From: Massalongia carnosa
Lineage: Eukaryota
DNA length: 64,000 nucleotides
Direction: 5' to 3'
NCBI GenBank assembly: GCA_965645245.1
Contig: OZ287072.1
Span: 1,612,001 to 1,676,000, forward strand
Shown: positions 13,747-27,218 of the stretch, one piece after another
Position numbering within the stretch: position 1 is the stretch's first letter
Layout of the letters: each line of letters begins with the position of its first letter
The notes under the pieces: generated by a model
What the model saw: only the letters and a program-made list of their open reading frames with translations
What the model was told of the DNA's origin: nothing
Databases searched by the model: none
Made by a program: the position numbers and the translations under genes

Positions 13747-14741
13747 GTTGCCAGGTGTAGTTGGAAGGTAACAAACTTGGTATTTGACGATTGTGGAGGA
13801 AGACAGCCAGAGGGGCTGAAAACCTCTGTCCTGGCTGTACACGGACGGTTGTACGGGCCTGGCTTACCACAACATACAGAGTCGATGTATTTGTTTTGGT
13901 ACCTAAGGAACAACTCATGAGAAACACTTTGGACGGTGTAGGAGGTCGAATTGGAAGAACGACAAGGAGAAATGGGCTGGAATGTAGTCATTGTCAGAAT
14001 TTCTGGTGTCTCGACAGGATCATACTCGTATTCCCTTCTGTCCGTGGTGATGGCCCCTCGGACGTTACATTTGCATTACCACGTGACCGAAGCCCTGCGC
14101 AAGGTCGGGACAGGGCTCTGAACGACCGACCGTTCGACTCGCCTGTCGCAAAACCCGAAAAGGCGAGAGGCGAGAAGCGAAAAGGCCGAGACAGATATCG
14201 CCTGGGACCGATATCGTACAGAATGCTCGGTATGCATGTACCAGTACCGTGATGCTACGTCTCGTTTTAGAGCGACAGGGAGCATATTGTATTGGATGAG
14301 TCTCGTTGAGCTTCTCGTTCGGTACAGAGTACTCCTTGATGTCAAATCATGCTCCCCTTACCCGTGGACCCTACAAAATGGATGCAAAGCTTCAAACATC
14401 CCACATTCCACATGAATTCCCAAGCAGATCGGAAGCCATAGCCCCCAAAAAGATACAGTAATATATCACCTAGATCGATCGGTGGGTACAATTCCCAAGG
14501 CTTGGTGAATGGCACTAAAACCGATGCCCTCAGGTGCCGGATCGATTCTCTCAATGATGATTGATATCCCGCAGCTTAACTAAGTAAGAAGGAGAGCTAT
14601 GGACAGTCTTCTACTCACGAGAGAACCCTCCCTGCCTCATCTCAGCCCCCCCCCCCGGAACTCCACGCTATGCTCCGATCTGAAAATAACACCCTCAAAT
14701 GGCCCCGCTAGCACAAGCAGCGCTACGACCGCCGCAACCAT

Positions 14742-17083
14742 TTAAACCCCCAATCCTAGCCTCATGTTTTCTACCGTTTTGGCCCCAACCCCCTTCATTC
14801 GCCCCAGTTGGCTCAGGCTATAAACGGTCCAGTTCAGTCCGTCGTCATCCTCACCCGCGCACAACGCCTCGACAATAGCTTCAGCCTTTTTGGCGCCCAC
14901 CCCCTTTAATCGCCGAATCTGCGAGGGATCTCGCGTGTTCACGATGGCCAGCAACTGTTTCGTCCGAGGCGTTTGCTCCAACCCTGACGGGCAGGCATCT
15001 TGGAAGACGGTGATTGCGGCTTTCGTGGGCGGCCGCCGGGAGTGTTTCTTCGGCCTTGGTTTGTGCTGGCAGCTGTCGGCTGTCTCATATTCAGCATCGC
15101 TGAGTGGCTCAGATGCTTCATAGTACTCTTCGGTATCATGTTGCATTGCGTCATCAAAATCATGTACTCCGCTTGATTGGAAGTTGCGTGATGTTAAAGT
15201 TAACGATTTTTGCGTGCGGGCATCCAGTTCTACACGTTTTATACGTTTTTCGTCCTCCACCTTTTTCCCTTGCATTCGTTCTTGAAGTTTTTCCCGTAAT
15301 CGATCAATTTTCATCTCAAGCCTGGCATTGTTCGGAAAGTACTCTTTTGCCATAGAATACATCTTAAGAGCACTTGAATATTCCCCGCGTACAGAATGTT
15401 GTTTTGCCATGAGCAAAAACATCAAACCTTGCTCTCGACCGTCATCTTGGCCTTCGATCCTTTGCTCGAGTAGCTCTAACCGTCTTTGAACCTCCTCGCT
15501 TATCTCTGGAACCGCAAATGCGGAGGGCTGGTCGAGGGCACGAGCAGCTAGAATATCGGTAACTTTTCTTTCAATGATATCTTCAATGGTCTCCTTGGGC
15601 ATGGTACTTTGCAGTCTGGATTGTCGCATTGGACTCCTCCTTTTGTGAGGATGAGCTAAATTAGAAGTGCAAATATCCGAAGAGCGTTTAAGTGGTGAAG
15701 AACGCCGTAATGACTCTGTCCGAAGCTGACGAGCCGACATGATTGGCGGCCTCGTTTTGTCTGAGTACACCGAAAATGCCTTTGACGGCTTCACTTTTGG
15801 CTTGCTAGAAGCGCTCAAAATGTGGATTCCTGTATTGTGGGTGGTGCTGGAGAGGGCCCTCAAAGGCTGCCGTTTCATCGAAACGCCTGTGATATCAGGC
15901 ATGGGGCGAGAACATCCTTTGAAAACCGGCTCATTCTCAATTTCTCGGACCTCGATTTTCTTGGTACGATTAGCAAAGTTGAGAGAGCTAAGAGTATCCA
16001 GGTGATACGATCTGACTGGAGCCAAATTGAGAATCATAAGCGTTAGGCCGTTGTTCTGACCAAGGGACAGAATTCGTGTCATTTTACTTTCTCGATAGGG
16101 TACGCGGGTTTGCTTCTCACTTATTGCCTCTACACATTTGGCCAGTACAAAGAGGCTTTTGTTTATGCTCGCCGACTCGACGAGCCTCTCTTTTCCATTC
16201 TCTGTTCTGCGATTGTCTTCGGATCCTGCAAGATCAATCGCGGATGCTGTGCTCACTCTCACTTCGTCGCCGGTGGTGACTGTCAATCGGATACATAAAA
16301 TGGCATGAGAGCGCGACGAATGTGCATTCAACTAGACCAAAGATTAGCAACAAAGTCGCAGTCAACCAGTTAAGAGCGAACGGACCTTGGTGGCAGCTGT
16401 TGATCTATTGACATTTGCTTCGCTGTACAGTCGTTCAAAATCCTTCAAACTCTCGCAGGGCCGTTCCGTCAGCCCAACAATCACAGTCTTCCCGTTGCTT
16501 TCCCTCAAATGCAGGCCCGCCATTGTCCGTTTGTCGGGGGCTTCAAACAAATCGAAAACCTTGTCGTTGTAGATCTCATAATAGGAGAGGGTAATCTCGA
16601 CCCCCGTCCGGCCCGTAGAATCTTTGTCGATCTTTCGGCCCCGTCGATAGATCCCAGAGAGCAGTCGTGGGATGACCCCACGCTCGGCCAGTGTTTTCCC
16701 ACCTCGCATCGTATGCGTTTTCCCCGTTCCCGTGGAGCCGTAGGCGAAAATGGTGACGTCGAATCCGTTGAAGAGATGCTTGATCGTGGGCGCCACTGCA
16801 AGCGCATTAGATTTCCGGTCAGCAGTTTTGGGGGAGGGGAACGGTTTCGTCGAACCGACTGACCTTCGTTGTCGAATATTGCCTGCTGGGTGGCGTGCTG
16901 GCCGTACACGCCGGAGAACTGAAACGTGTAAATCTCATGGTCGTTTTTGTGGGACGGGATTCTGACGAGCGTTGGGGTGGTGGAATTGTTGTCGTTGTCG
17001 CCATCATGACTGGCCGCCGTCAAGATCGGATCTAGCTCATGCGCTTGCTGCGGCCGGATTCTCGCAATGACTCGTATAGCCAT
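14742..17083 (-). CDS. Kinesin motor with C-terminal helix-hairpin-helix DNA-binding repeats (KIF22/Kid, kinesin-10-like)
   Basis: IRVIARIRP, P-loop GSTGTGKT, switch I SSRSH, switch II DLAGSE, VPYRESKMTRIL; HhH motifs LKGVGAKKA and MKGVGAKTV; two introns. Confidence 0.88.
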
Positions 17084-17410
17084 TTTTCTTTAGTTATCTT
17101 GAAACCAGCAATTGTCGACAAGCGTGACCTTGGAATTGGAGGTTAAAATATTTTGGGGGTCGATTGTTTGTAATTGCCGTTGTCCCTGACGACGCATTTC
17201 ACTAAGTTAGTCCTACGCAGCTACCGGGTGACAGCTTTTGCAGCTCGCAGACCTTTGACAGTACCTATTCAAGATTCGTAGAATTGATGGGGGGGAAGAG
17301 AAGAATGGTGTTTTGTTCCTATGTACAGAGAATCAAATACTAGCAATACAGCTAGATTAAAGGAAACAAACAGGGGTATCCGAACATATCCACGGCACAA
17401 TCTTCTCGTG

Positions 17411-18814
17411 TTACGCTTTCTGCGAGGCTTGGGGTGTTTCCACGGCCTCGAACTTCACCTTCCCATCCTGTCCCACACTCGCGACACTGATTCTTGGGGC
17501 TTGATCGGCTGCTGATAGTTTCTTCTTCTGCGAAAACCCTCGGTCCTTCTCCCCCTTTTCTTGTTGCTTCATTGCAGCATGGACTGCTCCGGGTGGTGTC
17601 TTCGCTATTTCGTTGACCTCTTGGCTGGTAAGGGCATCGCTTAGTCTCGTCGCTCGGCTCTGTAAGAGCACTCTTGTAGGCCCGTAAAGTTGCAAAAATA
17701 GCTGCTTCAGATCAGCCATAATCATTTTCGAAAATAAGCCTGCATACCCTATCTCCCCAAATAGTCTTTCTCGCCCATGTGCGGAGGCTAAGTAGTACTT
17801 TGATAATGGTCTGCCAAGTCCGAGTCTCCTGCATGGCCCTAAAGAACTTGATTTCAGAGAACAAGCTATTAATATTGATGGTTGGAGTTTGCAAACGAAA
17901 CGAGGAAGATTTAAGTCGATATGGCGAGGGTGGGGTAGAATTGACCGTGTATGCGATGACGTTGCTACATTTTTCTTGTAAGCAGCGTAATAAAAGTGGG
18001 GAATAGACCATACCTTGGGTGTACAACGTATTTTTCTCCAGCATTCAAATTGATCTCGTAAATCGAGCCTTGACCAGCCAATGCAATCAATCCCCTCCCA
18101 GTTACTTCCGAGTTACCCCAGTGCGCGAGGCTCTTCATCAGTCAGTTGAGGCCAGTTGTGTATGGAGGAAATAGTGCGTACCATGTTGAAGGCTCGTGTA
18201 GGCGTAATCGAAAGGGTCTGACCAGTCCAGGCTAGAAGAGCTTTCCCAAACACCTTCCAATCCGTCGAGCCATCGAGTTTAACAACAGCCAAGGAGCTAT
18301 TCGTAGAGATCAGAGCCGTCACGGGACTTGTTGAGGAGATCTTTTGGTAAAGAAAGGGGATTGCGAGGACTGCACGGCGGAAAGGCTCTAGAATTGACAG
18401 TGTTGAGATTGTCTGCACTATCAGCATTGACGTGAATGCGGATTTGAGTGCAGAAAATCTGCTTATTCACATTTTCAGCGTTCCCTCCAACGCCAATAAG
18501 GGTGCCACGCCTGGTGTAGAAGTTCTGCGATGCCGACAATGAGACCGATAGGAGGGAGTAAGGGCCCCCTATAACCTCGAATCTTGCATCTACAGGTACT
18601 ATAAGCAAGGTTTTTTCTCGACTTCGAGTGGCATACCTGGAGTTGTAGCACTTGAAGTGGGTATTGGCTCAGAGGTGAGGACATCAATCGTGGAGGAAGA
18701 TCTTGTGGAGATATGGAGGTCTCGGTGACCAAGGAATAGTGATGCTTGAGGAGCCCTCACAGCCCGAATACCTTCGAGCCTAGAGCGAGCAAGATATATG
18801 AAATGATTTCGCAT
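17411..18814 (-). CDS. AIM24: Mitochondrial Aim24 family protein
   Basis: [72 protein letters not shown]; presequence-like start. Confidence 0.8.
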
Positions 18815-18883
18815 TCTGAATGGAACCTCTTGCTTCTCATATTGAGGCACTTCAAAGTTTGTTCCTATTCGCATTGTCAAGCA

Positions 18884-18908
18884 TTATCTTATCTTATCTT
18901 ATCTTATC
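18884..18908. repeat. (TTATC)x5, i.e. tandem GATAA array in the AIM24/ATM1 divergent promoter
   Basis: ttatcttatcttatcttatcttatc seen directly. Confidence 0.85.
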
Positions 18909-19152
18909 TGAATGCAACTGCTCGGTAACATAAGTAAGCTAATGTTACAGAAGCGCCGGATCTTACACCACCGCTCTCCGATCTCCGATCTCAGGCCACA
19001 CCATCCAGGGCAAACTGGCAAGCTCCTCAGACCAACTATGGTTGTGGTTATGATCCTACATTCAATTGTTGCCCGAGGTTCTGGCGATTTCCTAATGGCC
19101 GTCTTTTGAAGGCTTCGTTTAATATTTTGTTCGCTCACTGAGCCCAAGCGAT

Positions 19153-21593
19153 ATGAAGCGACTCGCGCCCTTTCCTCATATCAGCCTCACTAGCGGCCAT
19201 GGTTCAATACCTGTGCATTGTGTAGAGGTGCTCGGCTTGATGAGACGTACTCGTTGGAGTTCTCAAGGATTTCGGCGCTTCATCATAGGCTCGACGCTAC
19301 GGTATAGACAAACATTGGCTGATTCCCAAGTTCCCATTCCGAATCCTTCACAGCCACGGTCGCTCGACAACATCAGATCGGAGACAGCACAGAAGCTCGA
19401 GAACTCTAGACGTAATGAAGGAATTAAGAAAGATTCCTTGCTCGCAAACGACAATATATCAAATAAGGAACAGAGAAAGGCAGACTGGGCTATCATGAAA
19501 GAAATGTCGAGATACTTATGGCCTAAGGTAGAACCAACATGCAGGCGGTCTCGCACCTAGTGTCTAACCTTTCAAACAGGATGATTTGGGGTCTAAGGTT
19601 AGAGTAGGGACTGCTCTTGCTCTACTAGTGGGGTCCAAGGTATTAGGAATCATTATGAGAGTTGATCGTCTAGAGGCTCAAATACCCACAGGTCTTGAAT
19701 GTCCAAGTGCCTTTTTACTTTAAAAGTATTGTGGATTCTATGAATGTAGACTTTCTGGCACTAGGTGGTACCGCTTGGACGGTCGGTGGTGCAATGATAG
19801 TGGCATGTACGAAGTCTCCAAAGGGCCCTCTGCATATGGTTGACTGTCTCTCCCAGATGGAGCAACCCGGATAGGGGCGGCTCTTTTTCAAGAATTCAGG
19901 AACGCCGTCTTTGCAAGTGTGGCACAAAAAGCCATCCGTCGTGTTGCATGCAACGTGTTTGAACATTTGCTCAAACTAGATCTCAGTTTTCACCTTTCGA
20001 GGCAGACAGGAGGTCTCACCAGAGCAATGGACCGTGGTACCAAAGGCATCAGTTTTTTGTTAACTTCCATGGTTTTCCACATATTACCTACTGCTCTTGA
20101 AATCTTCATGGTGTGCGGAATTCTAGTAAGCAAGCAGATCTACTTATTCTTTCATGGTTCTGATCCTATAGACATATCAATACGGCCCAAAATTTGCTGC
20201 TATCACTGCTGCGACAATGGTCGGGTATACTGCATTCACCATCACCACCACTTCCTGGCGAACTAAGTTTAGGAAGCAGGCTAATGCTGCGGATAACCAA
20301 GGCGCTACAGTAGCCGTTGATTCTCTTATCAATTTCGAAGCCGTCAAGTACTTCAATAATGAGAAGTATGAGGTTGGTAGATACGATGCAGCCCTAAGGT
20401 CCTACGAAACAGCCTCTATTAAAGTTACCACTTCCCTGGCCTTTCTCAATTCCGGCCAGAACCTTATCTTCTCAAGCGCCCTTGCTGCCATGATGTACCT
20501 AGCTGCCGATGGTGTTGTATCTGGAACACTTACAGTAGGCGATTTGGTCATGGTCAATCAACTTGTTTTCCAGCTCTCTGTTCCACTGAACTTTCTGGGA
20601 TCTGTATATCGAGAACTTAGGCAATCTTTGTTGGACATGGAGACACTGTTCAACCTCCAGAAAGTAAATGTTGCGGTGAAAGATGCAGAAATTGCCGCTC
20701 CACTGAAGCTTACCAAGGGTGGGGAGATCAAATTCGAGAATGTCACGTTTGGGTATCATCCTGATAAGCCGATCCTGCGGAATCTGAGTCTCACCATACC
20801 CGCCGGACAAAAGGTTGCCATTGTAGGCCCAAGTGGTTGTGGCAAATCGACGATCCTTCGATTGCTGTTTCGCTTCTATGACGTACAGGAGGGCCGAATA
20901 CTGATCGATGACCAAGATATTCGAGACGTCAGCTTGCGAAGCCTCCGCGAGTCCATCGGAGTTGTGCCTCAGGACACGCCACTGTTTAACAACACTATAG
21001 AACACAACATTCGCTACGGAAATATGGAAGCATCATCAGAAGAGGTGATAAATGCCGCAAAACGAGCAAGAATCCATGAAATTATTGAAAGCCTCCCAGC
21101 AGGATACAACACAATGGTGGGGGAAAGGGGAATGATGATATCCGGCGGGGAAAAGCAGCGGCTGGCCGTTTCGAGACTGATACTGAAAGATCCACCATTG
21201 CTTTTTTTTGATGAAGCTGTGCGTTAACTCCTGTGATGCCTTCCCCCTTGAGCTGACAGTATGGTAGACCTCAGCCTTGGATACGAATACCGAGCAGAGC
21301 TTGCTCCAGAATATCAACAGCATTCTCAAAGAAAAGTCTAGGACGAGCGTGTTTGTCGCGCATAGACTACGCACCATTTATGACAGTGATCAGATTATCG
21401 TCTTGAAGAACGGTAGAGTGGCCGAAAGCGGCACGCATGGCGAACTGCTAAATAAAGAGGGGGTATACTCTCAGTTATGGACTGGTAAGATCAACAGCCT
21501 CGACCCGATGAGGCGAACTTTTACTGATATCCTTCCTTTGAAGCCCAGGAAGTACTACTCGAAGATATGGCCGATGATGAGAAAGAAAGATAA
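19153..21593 (+). CDS. ATM1: Mitochondrial ABC half-transporter Atm1 (Fe-S export)
   Basis: [28 protein letters not shown], Walker A GPSGCGKS, signature ISGGEKQR, Walker B LLFFDEA; six GT-AG introns. Confidence 0.95.
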
Positions 21594-22193
21594 AGGTAAG
21601 TCAGCAGAAGGAACCCCCCTTTGAAAAATATTATATCATCTGTAGATTGTTTTTCGCAAAGTCAAGTCCTCTCTCCACCTTTTGTAGCCACATCTACTAC
21701 CTACTACATAACCACACTTACGAGCTCCCAACCCTTTACCAACAGTTAGTTTAAACATGATCCAAACCCCCGATCCAACAAAATACGTAATTACAGCATA
21801 CAACTCCGGGGAAACCCAGATTCATCATCCGTCCGTAATTTACAACCTCCCAAAAAGTTCAGAGAAAGTAAAAGGGGCAGCTAATAGCGCCACCACCAGC
21901 TTCGCGATTCTTTGGACCCTTAAACATCCATATGCCGTAAATACCTACACTTCACAATCAAACCCCAAAAAAAAACAATCCCATATCGAAACCCCCACTC
22001 CACCAAATCCTCTCCTCTCTCCATCGATCTAGTTATACAAGCGCCCAACCCAAAACAACACCCTTCTCAGTGCTTCCTCCCCAATCAAATCAATCGCCCA
22101 TCTACGTACCACACGCGACCCAACCAATTCCTTCCCCTTGACGCCCCCTTCCAACCAACCTAAACCATCTATCTACTCTGCGTATAATAAATA

Positions 22194-22537
22194 ATGGGAT
22201 TCCTAGACAAGTTGCAAACACGTACCTTATCCCTTCCCTCTTTCTCCCTCCCTCCCTCTTTCCACCTCCGGCCCCCCCTTCTCAAATAAAAGCAAAAGCA
22301 AACGCAAACCCCCCAAACAGACCTAACAATCTCCTCCTAGGAATCGAGCTCTTCCGCCTAGAACAGCGCTATACGCGCCGCAAGAACCGCGCCGCGTTCA
22401 TCAGTGAGGCGCAGTACGTCGATGGCGAGTACGTCTACAACCATCCGGACGGGCGTACCGCGGGGGGGAGATGGGGCGTCAAGGGTACAAGGGGAGGGCT
22501 TGTGGCGCGGGAGGAGAGGGAGGGAAGGAAACGATAA
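22194..22537 (+). CDS. Small 74-aa two-exon protein of unknown function (not in ORF track)
   Basis: Exon 1 22194-22221, intron 22222-22340 (GTACCT...CTAAC...CTAG), exon 2 22341-22537; product MGFLDKLQTRIELFRLEQRYTRRKNRAAFISEAQYVDGEYVYNHPDG...GRKR*; 225 nt in frame. Confidence 0.7.
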
Positions 22538-22921
22538 AAGGGTGTTGGACATAGGGGATGGAGGTGGAGGAGTTGTTCTTTCTGTAGGGTGTTGGGTTAT
22601 GTGTGGTTTACTTGGGCTATAATATGGGCATGGGTATAGTAAGGAAAGCGGGGGCGTTGGAGGAAATTTCGTTGCGGCTTGCGATCTACTAAGGTTGGCA
22701 TGCTACGGTGTCTAGTGTACTGTTGGCATAAGGAGGTGGAGTTACTGGGGGGGTGATCGAAGAGTAAAAAAAATTTCGTTGTAATAACTATTGGCATACT
22801 ATCTTATAACTTCTCCAAAGTATGTTGCTGTCATTTGAATATCACAATAACAAAAGTGCTTATATTACTCGTTGTGAAAGTTGTACATGCCAATGGTATC
22901 TAGCGAACTATCTTGAAAACT

Positions 22922-25900
22922 TCATGCTCCGGGGAACCGAAGGGTAGTTTGTCCACGTTCAGGATCGGACATCCTATTATCCAGGTTAACGAAGCTCTAT
23001 CTATAGGTTATGTCCTCCAATAGAAAGTACTCACTTGATGATCTTAACATCTCGGTCACTGTCCACCGGATTCATGGACTGGGGGGTGATGAGTACGAAT
23101 TGTTTGCCAATCGAACGGCGCGCCGCAACGATCTGGTGAAGCTGTCAGCCTTGCAATGGTAGCTTACACATACAGTCATCTTCATACCATCAGTTTCATG
23201 CTAACGTCCCTGTTTACGCTATCCATGAAGACATCGCTGCGTTCATTGAGCGTGTATCTTTCCCTGACGAAAGCTGACAACTTACAATTCGTCCAGGCAC
23301 CGAATCGGTGCGCCCATCGCATCCCAGAGAGATAGCAATAGACATATAGTTGAGAATGACTTCTCTCCGCCTGAGAGAGTTTTGGGCTTGCGCCCTTTGC
23401 CCATCTTTGTCTCATCAGGCTCTACCTAGGTATATATTCAGTATTCCCGAGTCTCTATATGTCATAGGGGTTGGTGACAAACGCTTAAGTCAAGCTTTTT
23501 CTCCTTGTGGTTCGCCAAGAGTCGTCCACGAAACGCCCGTTCACTGAGCAGATAGAAGAACTGCACTCTGGCCCGTGCTGTAATACACCTCTGGAATTGG
23601 CGCCAGCGGTCTTTGCGGTTGACCAGCGTATATTTCAAAAGCTGTTATTCGGTTAGTGCTTTATGTAACGCCCGAGAGAAGGCTGCCGTCATACCTGAGC
23701 AAGTTTTTCGGTATTTTCGACCTCTGTTTTCGCTTGCCTATAGACCTCCAGCTTTTGGGTCGCCATTTCTGCAATCTGCAGCCTATCACCGCCCATTCTT
23801 AGAGGTGTTAGCAATTGCCAGAAGGGAGTGCAGTGTCTTGTCCTTACTTCGCCTCGTATTTATGGAGGTCAGCCTCGAGCTTCTTCAGCTTCCTTTCTAT
23901 AGAGTCTCCGGTCTCCCCTGCATCTACAGGCACCCTAGCACATATGGCAGTCGCTTCCTCGATGAATTCCGCAACGATCTTGACCTGTTCAGCGCACTTG
24001 CTCTCCGTAGCGACTTTGTTATTCTCCGCTTTCTCTATGGAATCGATTGCAGAGTTTTTCAATCGCAATGCACCCTCTCGCTGAGCCGACAATTTGATGG
24101 CTTTACCATCGGCCTTGGCAACTCTAGCATCTATCTCAGCGATTTGGGCGTCCAAGCCGGCCATTTGGGCGCGAGAAACCTGCATTAATTCTCTGGCTTT
24201 GTCTAACGCAACAACAGAGTCCTCATAAGAACCCTCATGGATGGCCACCTCCTCTTTCGCCTCTACAAGATGCTCTTTCAAAGCGTCTAAGCGACCTTCC
24301 TCGACTGCATCACGATCAAGGGCATCTTGTAGCTCTTCTACAATACTTTCAGCACTTTGCACAGCAATCCGAAGCATAGTCGATTCTCTGCGAAATCTAA
24401 CAATAGCCTGTTCTTTTGCTTTCAGAGTGGCTTGCTTGTCCTGCCGTTGGCACTCAAGATCATTGAGTTCAGATTTGAGACGCTGAAGCGTTTCCCGTTG
24501 AGCACTGTTAAAGTTAGAACAAAGCATATAACAGCATTAGCACACGTACTTAATTTGATATTCTATATCGGTCTTCATCCGCGGGACTCCTTTGAAGGGC
24601 TCTATGTAGTTCTGTGATAGCCCGCCGCCATACCCACAAGTCAGCCGGATGCCTGATCCGGGGATTACATTTAATGTAAAGCATTGCTTCACATTGCGAG
24701 AATTTGGACCTTGCAAAGCCCTTACTCCATCGTCTCTGGCCTCTGTTAGTACGGTTTGTTCAATCGCTTGGTTGATGATCAGCTGTTTCCTGACGAGGTC
24801 ATTATCAATCTGTGGGCATATTAGAACCTCGAAACAAAGCCCCTTCGATACTGCCTGTAATTTACCTCGAGGACTCGAAGGGTGGTGTTAAAACTGGGGT
24901 CCGGCTCGTGATTAGAAGTATCGATAGGCATATTATTACCTATTAGGATTGGACAGGTGCTAATCTAGTTAGTACTTTAAGTATGAAGGAGAGAAAGACG
25001 GATGTACATGTACATATTCTGACTTACCATTGAACCTTTTGCATTAAAATAGAGAGTCTCGCTTGATCTTTTTTGTTGGTGACAATAAAGGTATCCAGAG
25101 CTCCACCTAAAGACTTCTCAAGAACGCTAGACCAAAGGGGCTTCAACAATCGTACATGATTTCCCATGGGCCCTACAGGCGCTTGTAGAAAACCCTCGTC
25201 TTGTCGTATCGCATTCAGTAACCGTGGCATACTCGGCTTATATGCTCCCTGTTGCTGGCCCCTGTCTCGTACCATAGTATTTAAGCGGTCTTCGCAATTT
25301 CGTATCTCACTTCTCATAATATTTATTGGTTCCTGAGAATCTAGATACTCCCTCTCGGCAGCTCTTTTAGCATCTTCGAGTTGACCGATGCTACTCTCAT
25401 GGTCATTGAATCGCTGTCTCTTCGCGCTTACATCGGCTTTCTTTTCTTCGATCTCTTCCAGCCGTATTGTATGACTTCCACCGTTTGCTTCGTCGAGCCG
25501 ACGATGTTCTTCCCGGATATCAGCAATAATCTTCAGGACCCCTGCCTCTGCAATCTTTAGATGGTCCTTAATCTGACGTTGGTCGGTCTTTAACGATTAG
25601 TATGTCAGCACAGGAAGAACTGAAGGAGATCTACCTGATAACTTAAAGCTTCAGCTTTGAATTTGTCATGCTCTTGCTTGACCCGGTCTTTTTCTATTTG
25701 AACAGGCACCAAAGCCTCTTTGAGCTCAACAACAGCAGCGTTGGCACGCTCAAGCGCTTGCCCCGCTACGTCAAACGTATCACTCGCTTCAACTGCTTCG
25801 CGTCGTAGAGTTTCGATGGTTTTGACTGATTTCAATAGATCGGCATCATAGGAAGCCATAATTTTCTCTTGCTCCTCAACCTGAGCCCATGCCATCTGAT

Positions 25901-26932
25901 CCCCAAGCTCCTTAATCTTTCTACGGAGAGCGTCGTGCTTTTCCGAGAGCAAGAGTAGCGACCTTGCCTTCTTTGCTTCTTCTTCGTAAAACTCTACATC
26001 TTTGAGGTTTTTGAATAGGTCTTGATCAATTTTGTCAATGCTTTGTTCGATCTGTAGATAGTCTCCGTCGAGGTGCTCCAGCTGGGTTCCTTTCATAAAA
26101 AATTTATATTTCTCTGAAGCAGAAGAACTGTTCAAGAACTGCCGTGCCATGTCTTGGGTCAGGACATTTATAGGGTTGTCAATTTGGAGCGCAAAATAGT
26201 CGCAAATCTCATCAAGATCAACCTTCCGATTAGAAATAAGTCTACCCGTGGAATTTTTCAGCCTAAAACTGCTAGATCCAGATCGAGAAAAATGACGCTC
26301 TATGATGATAGTATCACCATATATTTCATGCTGATATGCGCTATCCGATGTATTCTTTAGTTTAACGGTCAAGGTTGAGGATCTGCAAGCGTCAGCACAG
26401 GTTAAACATCTACAAAAGTCGTCACCAACTCTTGGCCTTCTTTAATAAAGCTTTTGAGGCTTTGGCCTCTGTTGGTAGCCGTTGCTTTCCCACCAAGACA
26501 GAGAGTAATCGCAGTCAGAATGGCACTCTTCCCACTTCCGTTGTGGCCTATAATGAAATTTATAAGGGGCCCAAGAGCAATCTCCAGATGAGTGTGACAC
26601 ATAAAATTTTGGCAAATGACCGACTCGATGATTCCGTTGTCCGCGGGCTCATTATCCATCGTCTTCTTGCCTTGTTGCTGGGTCATAAATTGTGTAGCTT
26701 GCTCCTGGAAATCATCTTCCTCTGTAAGCTCTTGCGAACTCTCACTTTGGGCTTCGTCGTAGGACACCCTAGCTTTCTTTCTCTATTGGGATATCAATAT
26801 AAGATAGCAAGAATAGGGATAAGATAGAAAACTTACAGACTCCTGTCGCAAACTTGACTGTGCACTCTCCACATTAACAACTTGAAAGTCTTCGTCTTCC
26901 AAGACGTTATGCTGCCTCTTCATAGGCGCCAT
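22922..26932 (-). CDS. SMC6: Structural maintenance of chromosomes protein 6
   Basis: [14 protein letters not shown], Walker [26 protein letters not shown], coiled coils and hinge, LSGGE signature, [18 protein letters not shown]; many GT-AG introns. Confidence 0.93.
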
Positions 26933-27015
26933 ATTAATTGTCGGACCTGCTCCGAACTTTGGGGAAGAAGCAACGGCACAGGAGGAAATAGACGAGTACC
27001 TAGTATAGTAGAGAG

Positions 27016-27052
27016 ACGCGCCGCGCCCATGTACTATTTGCCTCGCGACGCG
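27016..27052. promoter_or_regulatory. Cluster of MCB-like CGCG elements upstream of SMC6
   Basis: ACGCGCCGCG and TCGCGACGCG 85-120 bp upstream of the SMC6 ATG; MBF control of DNA replication/repair genes is established in ascomycetes, function here is inferred. Confidence 0.5.
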
Positions 27053-27218
27053 CTAAACTACATAACACAATTATGGCGGTCTATACTACCTACATAATCG
27101 TGCTAGACCACTTTGAGAGCACCCCTCAGTGCTTACCGGCTCAAAGACGCTACCGGCTCAAAGACGCATTTTCAACATTTTACACCTCAACTTCGATACG
27201 TCAACAAGCAACAACATA

